A DNA stretch of 64,000 nucleotides from Gammaproteobacteria bacterium (GTDB lineage Bacteria > Pseudomonadota > Gammaproteobacteria > UBA4575). The position numbers and the translations under genes are program-made. The stretch spans positions 604,264-668,263 of the forward strand of contig CBDCUI010000009.1 of assembly GCA_965222615.1 (NCBI GenBank). Direction: 5' to 3'. This document shows, in pieces, positions 21,746 to 30,890 of the stretch (position 1 is the stretch's first letter; each line of letters begins with the position of its first letter). Under the pieces are notes generated by a model. It did no database searches. It was not told where the DNA came from and saw only the letters and a list, made by a program, of their open reading frames with translations.

Positions 21746-23191
21746 TTATTCTTCTTCAGGTATGCGCATCGCTATAAATTCTGGACCATGAGGGCGCTGC
21801 ACCAATAACGAGACAAATTTTCCTGCAGGCAAACTTTCGACTTGGTCTTTAAAGTCATTCACTTCATCAACAGGTTCACCATTGATCATCTGAATCACAT
21901 CCCCCTTTCGAACACCTGCTGATTTTGCCGAACCTGTACCTACATCTAATACTAAAAGTCCGCCATTATCTAATTCCATTGTTTTCATTTCATCTTCTGT
22001 CAGCGCGCGCAAGGCGAGTCCTAATACTGTATCTTTTGGTTGCTCTTCTGGAGCTTTAATATTACCTGCAATAACCTGATCTTTATCTGGTAGTTGACCA
22101 ATTTTTAACTTAACAGTTTTGGTTGCACCATCCCGCATGACTTTCAACTTAACAACCTCACCTACTCTTGTTCTTCCTACCATGGGCGGCAAAGCTGCTG
22201 AGTTTTTAATTTCCTTTCCATCATAAGTAAGTATGACGTCACCGACTTCTATATCAGATCCCTCAGCAGGACTATTTGGTAAAATTTTTGCCACTAAAGC
22301 ACCCACCGGCTTGTTCATCCCAAATGACTCCGCCAGCTCACGAGTGACTTCTTGTATATACACACCCAACCATCCTCTAGATACATAACCATGCTTTTTA
22401 AGCTGCTCTACTACATCCATAGCATCTTCCATTGGTATCGCAAAGGATAAGCCCATAAAGCCGCCCGAACGCGTATAGATTTGTGAATTGATTCCTACAA
22501 CATTGCCATCCAAATCAAACAATGGACCACCAGAGTTACCCGGATTGATAGCAACATCAGTTTGAATAAAGGGCACATAGTTTTCACTTGGTAAGCTACG
22601 GCCCTTGGCACTAACTATTCCTGCTGTAACTGAGGCGTCAAATCCAAATGGCGAACCTATAGCTAACACCCATTGGCCGACTTTTACATCATTTGATGAC
22701 CCTATTCTTACGGTAGGTAAGTTAGTAGCATCTAGTTTTAAAAGCGCAATATCACTACGTGGATCACTACCTACAATTTCTGCAACAAGTTCTCTACGAT
22801 CATTTAGTTTGACGATAATTTCATCCGCGCCTTTTACAACATGATGATTAGTAATTACGTAACCGTCCTTAGAAATGATAAAACCGGAGCCAAGTGAACG
22901 TGAATTAAAAAATTCTTCCCCGTCTCCGCCATGTTCACCAAAGAATCTTCGTAGTAAATCACCAAATGGGTTGTCTTCCGGGATATCGGGCATCTCCATA
23001 CCCGGTGGTAGCCCTCTTTTGATCTCGGTTTGTTTGCTTGTGCTGATATTTACAACGGCGGGGGCGTTTTCTTCAACTAATTCAGTAAAATTAGGAAGAT
23101 TATAACGAGCATATGATTGTGAAACTGTTAAAAATAATAGCGACATTAACGCTAAAATTTTAATAGGGAAAACACTCCTGCTTTTCATCAT
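21746..23191 (-). CDS. degP: DegP/DegQ/MucD family periplasmic serine endoprotease (HtrA)
   Basis: Signal peptide; trypsin-like catalytic motifs (TNHHVV ... GNSGGPL) and two PDZ domains. It sits directly downstream of rseB. Confidence 0.9.
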   Translation of the reverse strand: MMKSRSVFPIKILALMSLLFLTVSQSYARYNLPNFTELVEENAPAVVNISTSKQTEIKRGLPPGMEMPDIPEDNPFGDLLRRFFGEHGGDGEEFFNSRSLGSGFIISKDGYVITNHHVVKGADEIIVKLNDRRELVAEIVGSDPRSDIALLKLDATNLPTVRIGSSNDVKVGQWVLAIGSPFGFDASVTAGIVSAKGRSLPSENYVPFIQTDVAINPGNSGGPLFDLDGNVVGINSQIYTRSGGFMGLSFAIPMEDAMDVVEQLKKHGYVSRGWLGVYIQEVTRELAESFGMNKPVGALVAKILPNSPAEGSDIEVGDVILTYDGKEIKNSAALPPMVGRTRVGEVVKLKVMRDGATKTVKLKIGQLPDKDQVIAGNIKAPEEQPKDTVLGLALRALTEDEMKTMELDNGGLLVLDVGTGSAKSAGVRKGDVIQMINGEPVDEVNDFKDQVESLPAGKFVSLLVQRPHGPEFIAMRIPEEE

Positions 23192-23321
23192 CTCTAAATT
23201 CTCCTCTTCAGCACAAACAATTCTAGTAAATCATACAGTCTATTTTTAGATGTCCACTGTACATGGACTTATAACTTTCTATGACCCACATAGAAAACAA
23301 AAAGTTCTACATATATAGTTA

Positions 23322-24335
23322 TTACGGGTTTGAATAATAAATCGATTCACCAATCGACTTCACCGTTCCTTCTGGAACTTCACCAACTACTGTGATCTGA
23401 TGTTGATTAAGATCGCGAGCATACGCATTGATGACACCTTTATTATGTGCACCTTTATACACATGTTGAGCATCATCAATCTTACTTATAAATACAGAGA
23501 CTGAAGCCAATCCATCGGTTATCACCATATGCTGAACTGGTTTTTTACTAGCACTCATCAACCGCCTAGTAACGCTACTCAGGGAAAATCCAGGAGGTAA
23601 ATTTTGAACCTGCCAAGCACGATCCGGCTGAAGCTCGCCGTTTAACTCTACGCTTGCAGTTCTCCATGTGTAGTCGTTTAACCTAACACTCGGTTCAAAC
23701 AATTCGTCTGGAACAGATTTCAACATACGAAAACTGGTAAACATCATATTTTCAATGACTTTGCCATTTACTCCAAACGTCTTGGATTTGAGTAACATGC
23801 CAATCTTAGGGTTAACACATAGTTCATGCCCGTAACGAAATTCATCTAACGGTTCAAAACGAATAATTTTACAACTAAAGCCTGCGATTCGATCTGAACC
23901 GACGGCGGTCATTTTGTAATGAAACGCTAGTTCATTGAGATTTTCAGGCAAAGATGAAGGCAGGCCATGGGGTGCCCTGGCAGTTTCAATAACGACCAAT
24001 TTATCTCGTGGCCAAATACAGGTTAGTACATCGTGATCGCGAATTACTTCACGCGCATCTCCAGTTAAAGAGACTAGTTTTTCTTTGATGCCAGAAGGTG
24101 TGTGAGCATGAATGATGCGCATGGTTTCAACACTACCATTATGCATAAAAACGAAAGTACCTCGGTAATTACCCATTTCCAAGGTGTTATTCATATCGTT
24201 TAACAGCTTTTTAACATCATCTTCTGCAAATGCAAAAGAAAAGCTGCCAGCCAAAAAAGCTATGCAAAGAAAACGAATAAAGGATATGTAAGGATTATTT
24301 GACGCTCTCATGGAATTCTTGATCATAACCGACAA
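23322..24335 (-). CDS. rseB: Sigma-E regulatory protein RseB/MucB
   Basis: Signal peptide, about 320-aa RseB-like fold; position immediately after rseA. Confidence 0.8.
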   Translation of the reverse strand: MSVMIKNSMRASNNPYISFIRFLCIAFLAGSFSFAFAEDDVKKLLNDMNNTLEMGNYRGTFVFMHNGSVETMRIIHAHTPSGIKEKLVSLTGDAREVIRDHDVLTCIWPRDKLVVIETARAPHGLPSSLPENLNELAFHYKMTAVGSDRIAGFSCKIIRFEPLDEFRYGHELCVNPKIGMLLKSKTFGVNGKVIENMMFTSFRMLKSVPDELFEPSVRLNDYTWRTASVELNGELQPDRAWQVQNLPPGFSLSSVTRRLMSASKKPVQHMVITDGLASVSVFISKIDDAQHVYKGAHNKGVINAYARDLNQHQITVVGEVPEGTVKSIGESIYYSNP

Positions 24336-24888
24336 TTCTTACATGTGGCATTGAAACTCTCGGTGACGCATACTCTGCATGATTTACAATATAGCTATTA
24401 AACTCTGCAGCAGCCTTAGGATTAGAATAAATGCTTTGCAATTCCTCCGCACTTACACGCTGTATATCACTCTCTTCAATTACTCGTTCCGCAACAACTG
24501 GTGTATTTTCTGTAACTGTGCTCGGTTGCATAAAATTTTGCACTGCAATAAAGGATAAAATAGCTACTGAAGCCGCAATGGCTAGACCTATAGGAGTTGT
24601 ATATTTTTTTGAACTTTCGACAGCAATGGCTGGTGCAGGAGCAATATCTGTTATATCAGGATCAAATACATCTTCATTTGATAATTTATCCATTACCTCT
24701 GCCGTAAAATTTGCATTTAGTTTAGTAGGTAATTCATTACGCAGCGCATGACCAATTATATTATAGCGTTTAAACACTGCTTGAAGTTCCGAGTTTGATT
24801 TATACTCTTTTAAAATTTTTTGTGTTTCAAACTCAGAAACATCTTCATCTAGTATTCTTGATAAGAGTTCCAGATCTTTATCCTTCAT
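24295..24888 (-). CDS. rseA: Anti-sigma-E factor RseA/MucA
   Basis: N-terminal anti-sigma domain (LSRILDEDVSEFE), central TM segment, position directly after rpoE. Confidence 0.75.
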   Translation of the reverse strand: MKDKDLELLSRILDEDVSEFETQKILKEYKSNSELQAVFKRYNIIGHALRNELPTKLNANFTAEVMDKLSNEDVFDPDITDIAPAPAIAVESSKKYTTPIGLAIAASVAILSFIAVQNFMQPSTVTENTPVVAERVIEESDIQRVSAEELQSIYSNPKAAAEFNSYIVNHAEYASPRVSMPHVRIVGYDQEFHESVK

Positions 24889-24908
24889 AATGTGTTCATT
24901 CCATGTAA

Positions 24909-25484
24909 TTAATCTAATAACGGCTTTAGATGTTTATCAATTGCTTCACGTGCACGAAATATTCTAGATCTAACTGTTCCAATTGGACATTCCATTACCG
25001 TTGCAATTTCATCATATGTCATACCTTCAAGCTCTCGTAGCGTTATCGCTGTCTTTAAGTCTTCCGGCAACTCCTTTATTGCATTGTATACCGTTGTCTC
25101 AATTTCACACGTAAGCATACGTCCTTCAGGGGTATCAAACTCTTTTAACGCAGTAGCCGATTCTATATGTTCGGCATCTTCTACATCTACTGCATAGGCT
25201 GGAGTTTTCCTACTTTGCGATACCAAATAATTCTTAGCCGAATTGATCGCAATTCTATACAGCCATGTATAAAAAGCACTATCTCCACGAAACTTTGCTA
25301 GGCCTCGATAGGCTTTTATAAATGCTTCCTGCGCTACGTCCTGAGCTTCATCAGCATCCTTTACAAACCGAGTCACCAAATTGATCACTTTATACTGATA
25401 CTTATTAACTAGCGCATCAAAAGCGACCTTATCCCCTTTTTGAGCTTTTTTTACTAGCTCCTTATCGTTATTATTCTCGCCCAT
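24909..25484 (-). CDS. rpoE: RNA polymerase sigma-E (sigma-24, ECF)
   Basis: ECF sigma regions 2 and 4 (ELVKKAQKGDKVAFDALVNKY ... region 4 HTH). Start placed at MGENNN (25484), which has an AAGGAG RBS 8 nt upstream. The listed ORF start at 25523 lacks an RBS. Confidence 0.9.
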   Translation of the reverse strand: MGENNNDKELVKKAQKGDKVAFDALVNKYQYKVINLVTRFVKDADEAQDVAQEAFIKAYRGLAKFRGDSAFYTWLYRIAINSAKNYLVSQSRKTPAYAVDVEDAEHIESATALKEFDTPEGRMLTCEIETTVYNAIKELPEDLKTAITLRELEGMTYDEIATVMECPIGTVRSRIFRAREAIDKHLKPLLD

Positions 25485-25529
25485 ATGGGCCTGACTCCTT
25501 GTATCACGGATACCCATAGACACCCGTAG

Positions 25530-25562
25530 CTGTATGACAATTTTATCGTGTAAGAGTTCTTG
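25530..25562 (-). promoter_or_regulatory. Putative sigma-E-dependent autoregulatory promoter of rpoE
   Basis: On the minus strand: GAACTC, 16 nt, TCATA. This resembles the sigma-E consensus GGAACTT-N16-TCAAA and lies about 45 nt upstream of the rpoE start. Confidence 0.45.
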
Positions 25563-25667
25563 TTTACGGTCTCCGAGCGGATTCTACCGCTAAGTGGTGC
25601 CATTTTGTTAACTTGATCACCCCAACTATGACACAATGCGTCTAAATTACGGCAATTTCATCTATCT

Positions 25668-27314
25668 ATGCATGACTTCGACATACTAATAATCGGCAGT
25701 GGTGCGGCTGGTTTAAGCCTCGCTTTACGGCTTGATCCGAGCTTTCAAATCGCGGTGATTTCTAAAGGACCTCTTGATGATGGCAGCACGGCCTGGGCTC
25801 AAGGTGGTATTTCTGCAGTCATCGATGAAGGCGATTCTATCGACCAGCATATGGCAGATACTATCGATGCCGGTGCCGGCCTATGCGATGAAGAGGCAGT
25901 ACAACATACTGTTTCTCATGGCAAAGAAATGATCACTTGGCTGACAGAGCTCGGTGTTAAATTCACACGTGAAACCGGTCTTGATGGCAAATCCTATCTA
26001 CATTTAACACGGGAGGGCGGGCATACGCATAGAAGGGTTGTACACGCAGCAGATGCAACCGGCTGGGCAGTGGAAAATGCGCTTATTAAAAATGTATTTG
26101 AGCGAAATAATATCAATATCTTTGAACATTATATTGCTATTGATTTAATTACTACCGGTAAACTCTATAATGAGCGAAAGCAACATAAGAAAAATAAATG
26201 TGTTGGCGCTTATGTTCTAGATACAAGTAAACAACATGTAGATACTTTTCGTACCAAGTACGTAATATTGGCAACCGGCGGCGCTAGCAAAGTATACTTA
26301 TATACTAGTAACCCAGATGGCGCCTCTGGTGATGGCATTGCCATGGCATGGCGGGCTGGTTGTCGCATAGCCAATATGGAATTTATGCAATTCCATCCAA
26401 CATGTCTTTATCATCCTAGTGCTAAATCATATTTAATTACCGAGGCAGTGCGTGGTGAAGGCGGCAAATTATTATTACCTGATGGTTCAGAGTTTGCGCA
26501 TGAATTCGATCCTCGAGGTGTATTAGCGCCTCGAGATATCGTAGCACGTGCAATCGACTATAAAATGAAGCAACTCGGTATCGATTGCGTATACCTAGAC
26601 ATCAGTCATAAACCGAAAAAATTTATTGAATCTCATTTTCCAAATGTATACGCGCGTTGCTTGAAACTCGGCTATGACATGTCAAAAGAACCCGTGCCTG
26701 TCGTACCTGCTGCACATTATACATGCGGCGGTGTGATGACTGACTTACGTGGCAGAACCGATGTAAAAAATTTATATGCAGTTGGAGAAACAACTCATAC
26801 GGGTCTACACGGCGCAAATCGAATGGCGAGTAATTCATTATTAGAATGTTTGGTGTTTGCTGATTCTGCCAGTAAAGATATCAATTCACGTCAAGACCAA
26901 GAATTGATTAATAAAGACATCCCACCTTGGGATGAAAGTCGTGTGACCGAACCTGATGAGGAAATCGTGGTAGCACATAACTGGGATGAGTTGAGAAGAT
27001 TTATGTGGGACTATGTAGGTATCGTGCGCACAGACAAACGCTTACAACGCGCTAAACACCGTGTTGATCTGCTCTCTTCGGAAATAGATGAATACTATAG
27101 TAACTTCCGTGTAAGTGGCGACCTGATTGAGCTAAGAAACTTAACTTTAGTGGCTGACTTAATTATTCGAAGTGCTCTATCAAGAAAAGAAAGCCGCGGT
27201 TTACATTATACGTTAAATTACCCAACACCAGACCTCTCATTAGAAAGTGTAGATACCATCCTCGACCCAAAAAAAGAGCTTGCTTCGACGAAACCTGTGT
27301 ACGCAGCCTCTTAA
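25668..27314 (+). CDS. nadB: L-aspartate oxidase
   Basis: FAD-binding N-terminus DILIIGSGAAGLSLAL, 548 aa, divergent from rpoE as in enterics. Confidence 0.95.
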   Translation: MHDFDILIIGSGAAGLSLALRLDPSFQIAVISKGPLDDGSTAWAQGGISAVIDEGDSIDQHMADTIDAGAGLCDEEAVQHTVSHGKEMITWLTELGVKFTRETGLDGKSYLHLTREGGHTHRRVVHAADATGWAVENALIKNVFERNNINIFEHYIAIDLITTGKLYNERKQHKKNKCVGAYVLDTSKQHVDTFRTKYVILATGGASKVYLYTSNPDGASGDGIAMAWRAGCRIANMEFMQFHPTCLYHPSAKSYLITEAVRGEGGKLLLPDGSEFAHEFDPRGVLAPRDIVARAIDYKMKQLGIDCVYLDISHKPKKFIESHFPNVYARCLKLGYDMSKEPVPVVPAAHYTCGGVMTDLRGRTDVKNLYAVGETTHTGLHGANRMASNSLLECLVFADSASKDINSRQDQELINKDIPPWDESRVTEPDEEIVVAHNWDELRRFMWDYVGIVRTDKRLQRAKHRVDLLSSEIDEYYSNFRVSGDLIELRNLTLVADLIIRSALSRKESRGLHYTLNYPTPDLSLESVDTILDPKKELASTKPVYAAS

Positions 27315-27385
27315 ATGTAAAAGTTTAGCTTTAATCAACCAGGCACTGTAAGACACAATTACAAGCAGGCTAAGATTAAGGAAAG

Positions 27386-27419
27386 CATCATCCCTGATGC
27401 AACTCTCATTCACACATCC
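27386..27419. repeat. 34-nt repeat copy A (CATCATCCCTGATGCAACTCTCATTCACACATCC)
   Basis: Matches 59854-59887 at 31 of 34 positions, in the same orientation. Confidence 0.7.
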
Positions 27420-27733
27420 CGGTGCTCACCATTATTTACTTGACGAGCAAACAGAATAGACGGCTGGCAAATGAACAGGGAGGTTCATTTGAGGCAGGCT
27501 GAGCAGGATGTGAATCCTGCCGGCAGCCATGTCTTTCTGTGTAGCGAGTGTGCCCCGTAAGGGGCAAGGATATTAGGCTGCATTTTCTTGGTGACTTCTT
27601 TGTTGCCACAAAGAAGTCTCTCGCTCTCTTGGCAGAAGATTTAAAAAATAATAGAAGTATTGGGAGAGCGAATAAGTTTCCTAGAGGTTTCTAACTGGAT
27701 TGCCACGTCGTAGCGCTCATCGATAAGAATAAA

Positions 27734-28300
27734 TCAGAGCTTTCTATTAGGTTTTATTAAAAATTTGTCTCGATAGTACTTTAATTCTTCTATCGAATCA
27801 CGAATATCATCTAATGCAAGGTGTTTGGACTCTTTAGTAAAACCATTCGCCACTTCAGGCTGCCAGCGCAATGCCAATTCTTTTAATGTACTGACATCCA
27901 AGTTTCTATAGTGAAAGTAATTTTCTAACTCTGGCATGTGACGCGCAAGAAACCTTCGATCCTGGCAAATACTATTACCACACATTGGTGAACGATTCTG
28001 GGGCACATAGTCTTGCAAAAATTCCAATGTTACTTTTTCAGCTTCTTGTTCCGTGACAGAACTTGCCTTTACACGTTCAGTTAATCCCGATTTCGCATGC
28101 TGCTCAGTATTCCATTCATCCATTGAGTCTAAAATCGAGATTTCTTGGCGAATCGCTAATACAGGTCCTACAGCCACTTCTTGAAGATCCTTATCAGTAA
28201 CAATCGTAGCAATTTCAATAATACGATCTTCAAAAGGATTCAAGCCCGTCATTTCTAAGTCTATCCATATTAGATTATCTGGACCACTTGACATTAGCAT
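27734..28300 (-). CDS. orn: Oligoribonuclease
   Basis: DEDDh exonuclease motifs ([11 protein letters not shown] ... H..ALDD), 188 aa. Confidence 0.9.
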   Translation of the reverse strand: MLMSSGPDNLIWIDLEMTGLNPFEDRIIEIATIVTDKDLQEVAVGPVLAIRQEISILDSMDEWNTEQHAKSGLTERVKASSVTEQEAEKVTLEFLQDYVPQNRSPMCGNSICQDRRFLARHMPELENYFHYRNLDVSTLKELALRWQPEVANGFTKESKHLALDDIRDSIEELKYYRDKFLIKPNRKL

Positions 28301-28330
28301 TTCCTTATCTGTTTTGTATATGATACACAG

Positions 28331-28660
28331 ATGATGAACAAATTATTATATAAGTCTTGTAATTACTATATGAAAATTTCAATCAATACTATATTTTTAT
28401 TCTTACTAACCTGCATAATTAATACTGCAAATGCCGAAGCAGGTAGTCAACTGCATCAAGATAATTGCATAGCCTGTCATGCTGCAATGACTGGTGGTGA
28501 TGGATCTGTCTTATATACAAGAAAAAATCGTCGTGTAACTTCAATGGAGTCTCTAGGGAAACAAGTCAACCGCTGTCAATCTAGCCTTGGACTTAATTGG
28601 TCCACAAATCAGCAACAAAAAGTTCAACAATATTTAAACCATTCGTTTTATAAATTCTAA
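28331..28660 (+). CDS. Small periplasmic monoheme c-type cytochrome-like protein (DUF1924-like)
   Basis: Signal peptide (probable start [22 protein letters not shown] at 28370) and one CxxCH motif (CIACH). Confidence 0.5.
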   Translation: MMNKLLYKSCNYYMKISINTIFLFLLTCIINTANAEAGSQLHQDNCIACHAAMTGGDGSVLYTRKNRRVTSMESLGKQVNRCQSSLGLNWSTNQQQKVQQYLNHSFYKF

Positions 28661-28748
28661 TTTTCAGCAGCTTACCGTTATCGAAGAGTATCAAGCAAAA
28701 GTCGTTAGCCGTCATGGAGCCCATCTAACCGTAAAAGATGAGAAGGGT

Positions 28749-29555
28749 ATGCTGCATGGCTGCATCTCTGCAAAAAAGTTTAGTCACGTAGTCTGTGGTG
28801 ACCTTGTACGATGTAAAATAATTGACCAAGACCGCGACCAATTGACCAGGCTATTGCCACGAAAAAATGAGTTGTTAAGACAAACTGAGTTTGCAATTAA
28901 AGTAGTTGCAGCTAATATCGACACTATTGCAATCGTTTGTGCAATAGAGCCAGAGCCATCATTAGAATTGATTGATCATTACATCGTTGCAGCAGAAAAT
29001 ATGCCTGCATCAGTAATTATTGTGGCAAACAAAACAGACCTGCCTAATTCACTTACCATTACTCAAGTCTTGACCGATAAATATCAAAATCTTTCTTATC
29101 CTATTATTGAAACAACTGCAAAAGACTCACAAAGCTTGAATAAGCTAATAGAACAATTTAAAAACAGTACTGTTGTGTTTGTTGGACAATCTGGTGTCGG
29201 TAAATCTACATTAATTAGCAAAATTATTCCGTCAGTCAATATAGATACACAATCAATATCTGCAGGTATACAACAGGGTAGGCATACTACCAGTGTCACT
29301 ACTTTATATGACCTTCCCCAAGGTAGTGAATTAATTGATTCACCTGGTGTGAGAGATTTTTTATTACCGAAACTAGACAAAGACAAAATAGAAAAAGGAT
29401 TTTGTGAAATTTATAAACTTAGCAAAAAGTGTAAGTTTCATGATTGTTCCCACCTCACCGAACCCGATTGTGCGGTTAAACGTGCTTTAGAAAATGGCGA
29501 GTTGCACAAATTACGTTATTTATCTTATAAAAAGATGATAGAACAACTTAGTTAA
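28749..29555 (+). CDS. rsgA: Ribosome small-subunit biogenesis GTPase RsgA (YjeQ)
   Basis: Circularly permuted GTPase (NKTDL ... GQSGVGKSTL ... DSPG) and C-terminal zinc finger CKFHDCSHLTEPDC. The OB-fold N-terminus (QAKVVSRHGAHLTVKDEKG) is encoded in-frame upstream of the annotated ATG. Confidence 0.85.
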   Translation: MLHGCISAKKFSHVVCGDLVRCKIIDQDRDQLTRLLPRKNELLRQTEFAIKVVAANIDTIAIVCAIEPEPSLELIDHYIVAAENMPASVIIVANKTDLPNSLTITQVLTDKYQNLSYPIIETTAKDSQSLNKLIEQFKNSTVVFVGQSGVGKSTLISKIIPSVNIDTQSISAGIQQGRHTTSVTTLYDLPQGSELIDSPGVRDFLLPKLDKDKIEKGFCEIYKLSKKCKFHDCSHLTEPDCAVKRALENGELHKLRYLSYKKMIEQLS

Positions 29556-29557
29556 AA

Positions 29558-29735
29558 GGAGCTGTGATTTATTCTGCCATGGTTAAATTTTTTTGGTCGT
29601 TAAAAAATTTCTCAAAATGCGGGGTGGTGGAGCCACAAACTCACTTGTAAACTCCGCTTCTTCAAAATTTTTTGCCTCATCTCAGCCGCCTATTTTAAAT
29701 TCTTAAATAAATATAGGCTAATAAATCACAGCTCC
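29558..29735. repeat. 178-bp element bounded by perfect 16-bp terminal inverted repeats (GGAGCTGTGATTTATT)
   Basis: 29558-29573 is the exact reverse complement of 29720-29735. The element fills the rsgA/recR convergent intergenic region. Confidence 0.6.
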
Positions 29736-29745
29736 CTTTGTTTTT

Positions 29746-30369
29746 TTAGTAGCTTTTTCGACTGGAAAATGCTTCAGCGATCGTATTTTGGTCTACATAG
29801 TCAAGTTCTCCACCTACAGGCACCCCTTGTGCAAGCCTGGTGGTAGTAATGCCGTATTTTTTTGCCATTTCACTTAATACATGAGCGGTAACTTCACCTT
29901 CAACCGTTGAGTTTGTCGCCAAAATTAATTCCTTAACCGAGTCTCTAACCAAGCGATTTTCTAGCAATTCAAGCCCCAATTCTGTGGGGCCTATCCCATC
30001 CAAGGGTGAAAGACGACCCATTAAGACAAAATAAAGACCTCGATAATCTGTACTTTTTTCTATAGTAAATACGTCTGTCGGATTCTCTACCACACAAATT
30101 TGAAAAGTTTGTCGAGATTTATCTGTACATATAGAACACAATTCTTGTTCAGTAAAAATTCGACAATTATTACAGTGTCCTATTTCTTTAACTGCCTTGA
30201 GTAATGTTTCAGCAAGTTGCCTTGCACCGCTACGGTCACGCTGTAATAAATGAAATGCCATACGTTGTGCCGACTTTGGTCCAACACCTGGCAGACACTT
30301 CAAGGAATCAATTAGAGAATCCAATAGTGAAATAGACTTTGCCCCATTACCTTTATTCATCAATGACAC
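29746..30369 (-). CDS. recR: Recombination protein RecR
   Basis: C4 zinc finger (CNNCRIFTEQELCSIC), Toprim domain, 207 aa. Confidence 0.9.
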   Translation of the reverse strand: MSLMNKGNGAKSISLLDSLIDSLKCLPGVGPKSAQRMAFHLLQRDRSGARQLAETLLKAVKEIGHCNNCRIFTEQELCSICTDKSRQTFQICVVENPTDVFTIEKSTDYRGLYFVLMGRLSPLDGIGPTELGLELLENRLVRDSVKELILATNSTVEGEVTAHVLSEMAKKYGITTTRLAQGVPVGGELDYVDQNTIAEAFSSRKSY

Positions 30370-30513
30370 ACCAAAATTCTGGGGAAGCTCCTGATTTATT
30401 AGTGTAACGACTGAGACTAGGCAAAAAATGTCGAGAAAGCGGAGTTTACACGTAAGTAAATGAGCATTTTAAGACATTTTTTAACGAAGTATCAGAATAA
30501 ATCAGGAATTTCC

Positions 30514-30837
30514 CTAAAAAGGCAATTTCATACCCGCAGGCAGATTCAACCCACTAGTCAAATTAGACATATGATCTTTAGTAAGCTGCTCAACTTTATT
30601 GGAAGCATCATTAATAGCTGCGGCAATTAGATCTTCTAACATATCTTTATCATCATTTAATAAACTCTCATCGATATGTACTTTGCGAACTTCATGTTTT
30701 CCGGTCATGGTAACTTTCACCAAACTGCCCCCTGCCTGCCCTTTTACCTCTAAATTTTTTAATTCTTCTTGCGCCTTTTGCATATCTTCTTGCATTTTTT
30801 GCGCTTGTTTCATTAAATTTCCTAATCCACCTTTCAT
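30514..30837 (-). CDS. ybaB: Nucleoid-associated protein YbaB/EbfC
   Basis: 107 aa, [26 protein letters not shown] hallmark, located between dnaX and recR. Confidence 0.9.
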   Translation of the reverse strand: MKGGLGNLMKQAQKMQEDMQKAQEELKNLEVKGQAGGSLVKVTMTGKHEVRKVHIDESLLNDDKDMLEDLIAAAINDASNKVEQLTKDHMSNLTSGLNLPAGMKLPF

Positions 30838-30890
30838 ATTATTCTCCTAGGTCTTACTCATTTTCTATTATCCTATGTAATCGAAAAACT

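Noticed and set aside
27440-27560. Stem-loop GGCTG-A-GCAGGAT-GTGA-ATCCTGC-CGG-CAGCC as a group II intron domain V.
   Set aside because: The AGC triad is not positioned in the basal helix as in real domain V. There is no domain VI or bulged branch A, no GUGYG 5' end, and no IEP ORF.
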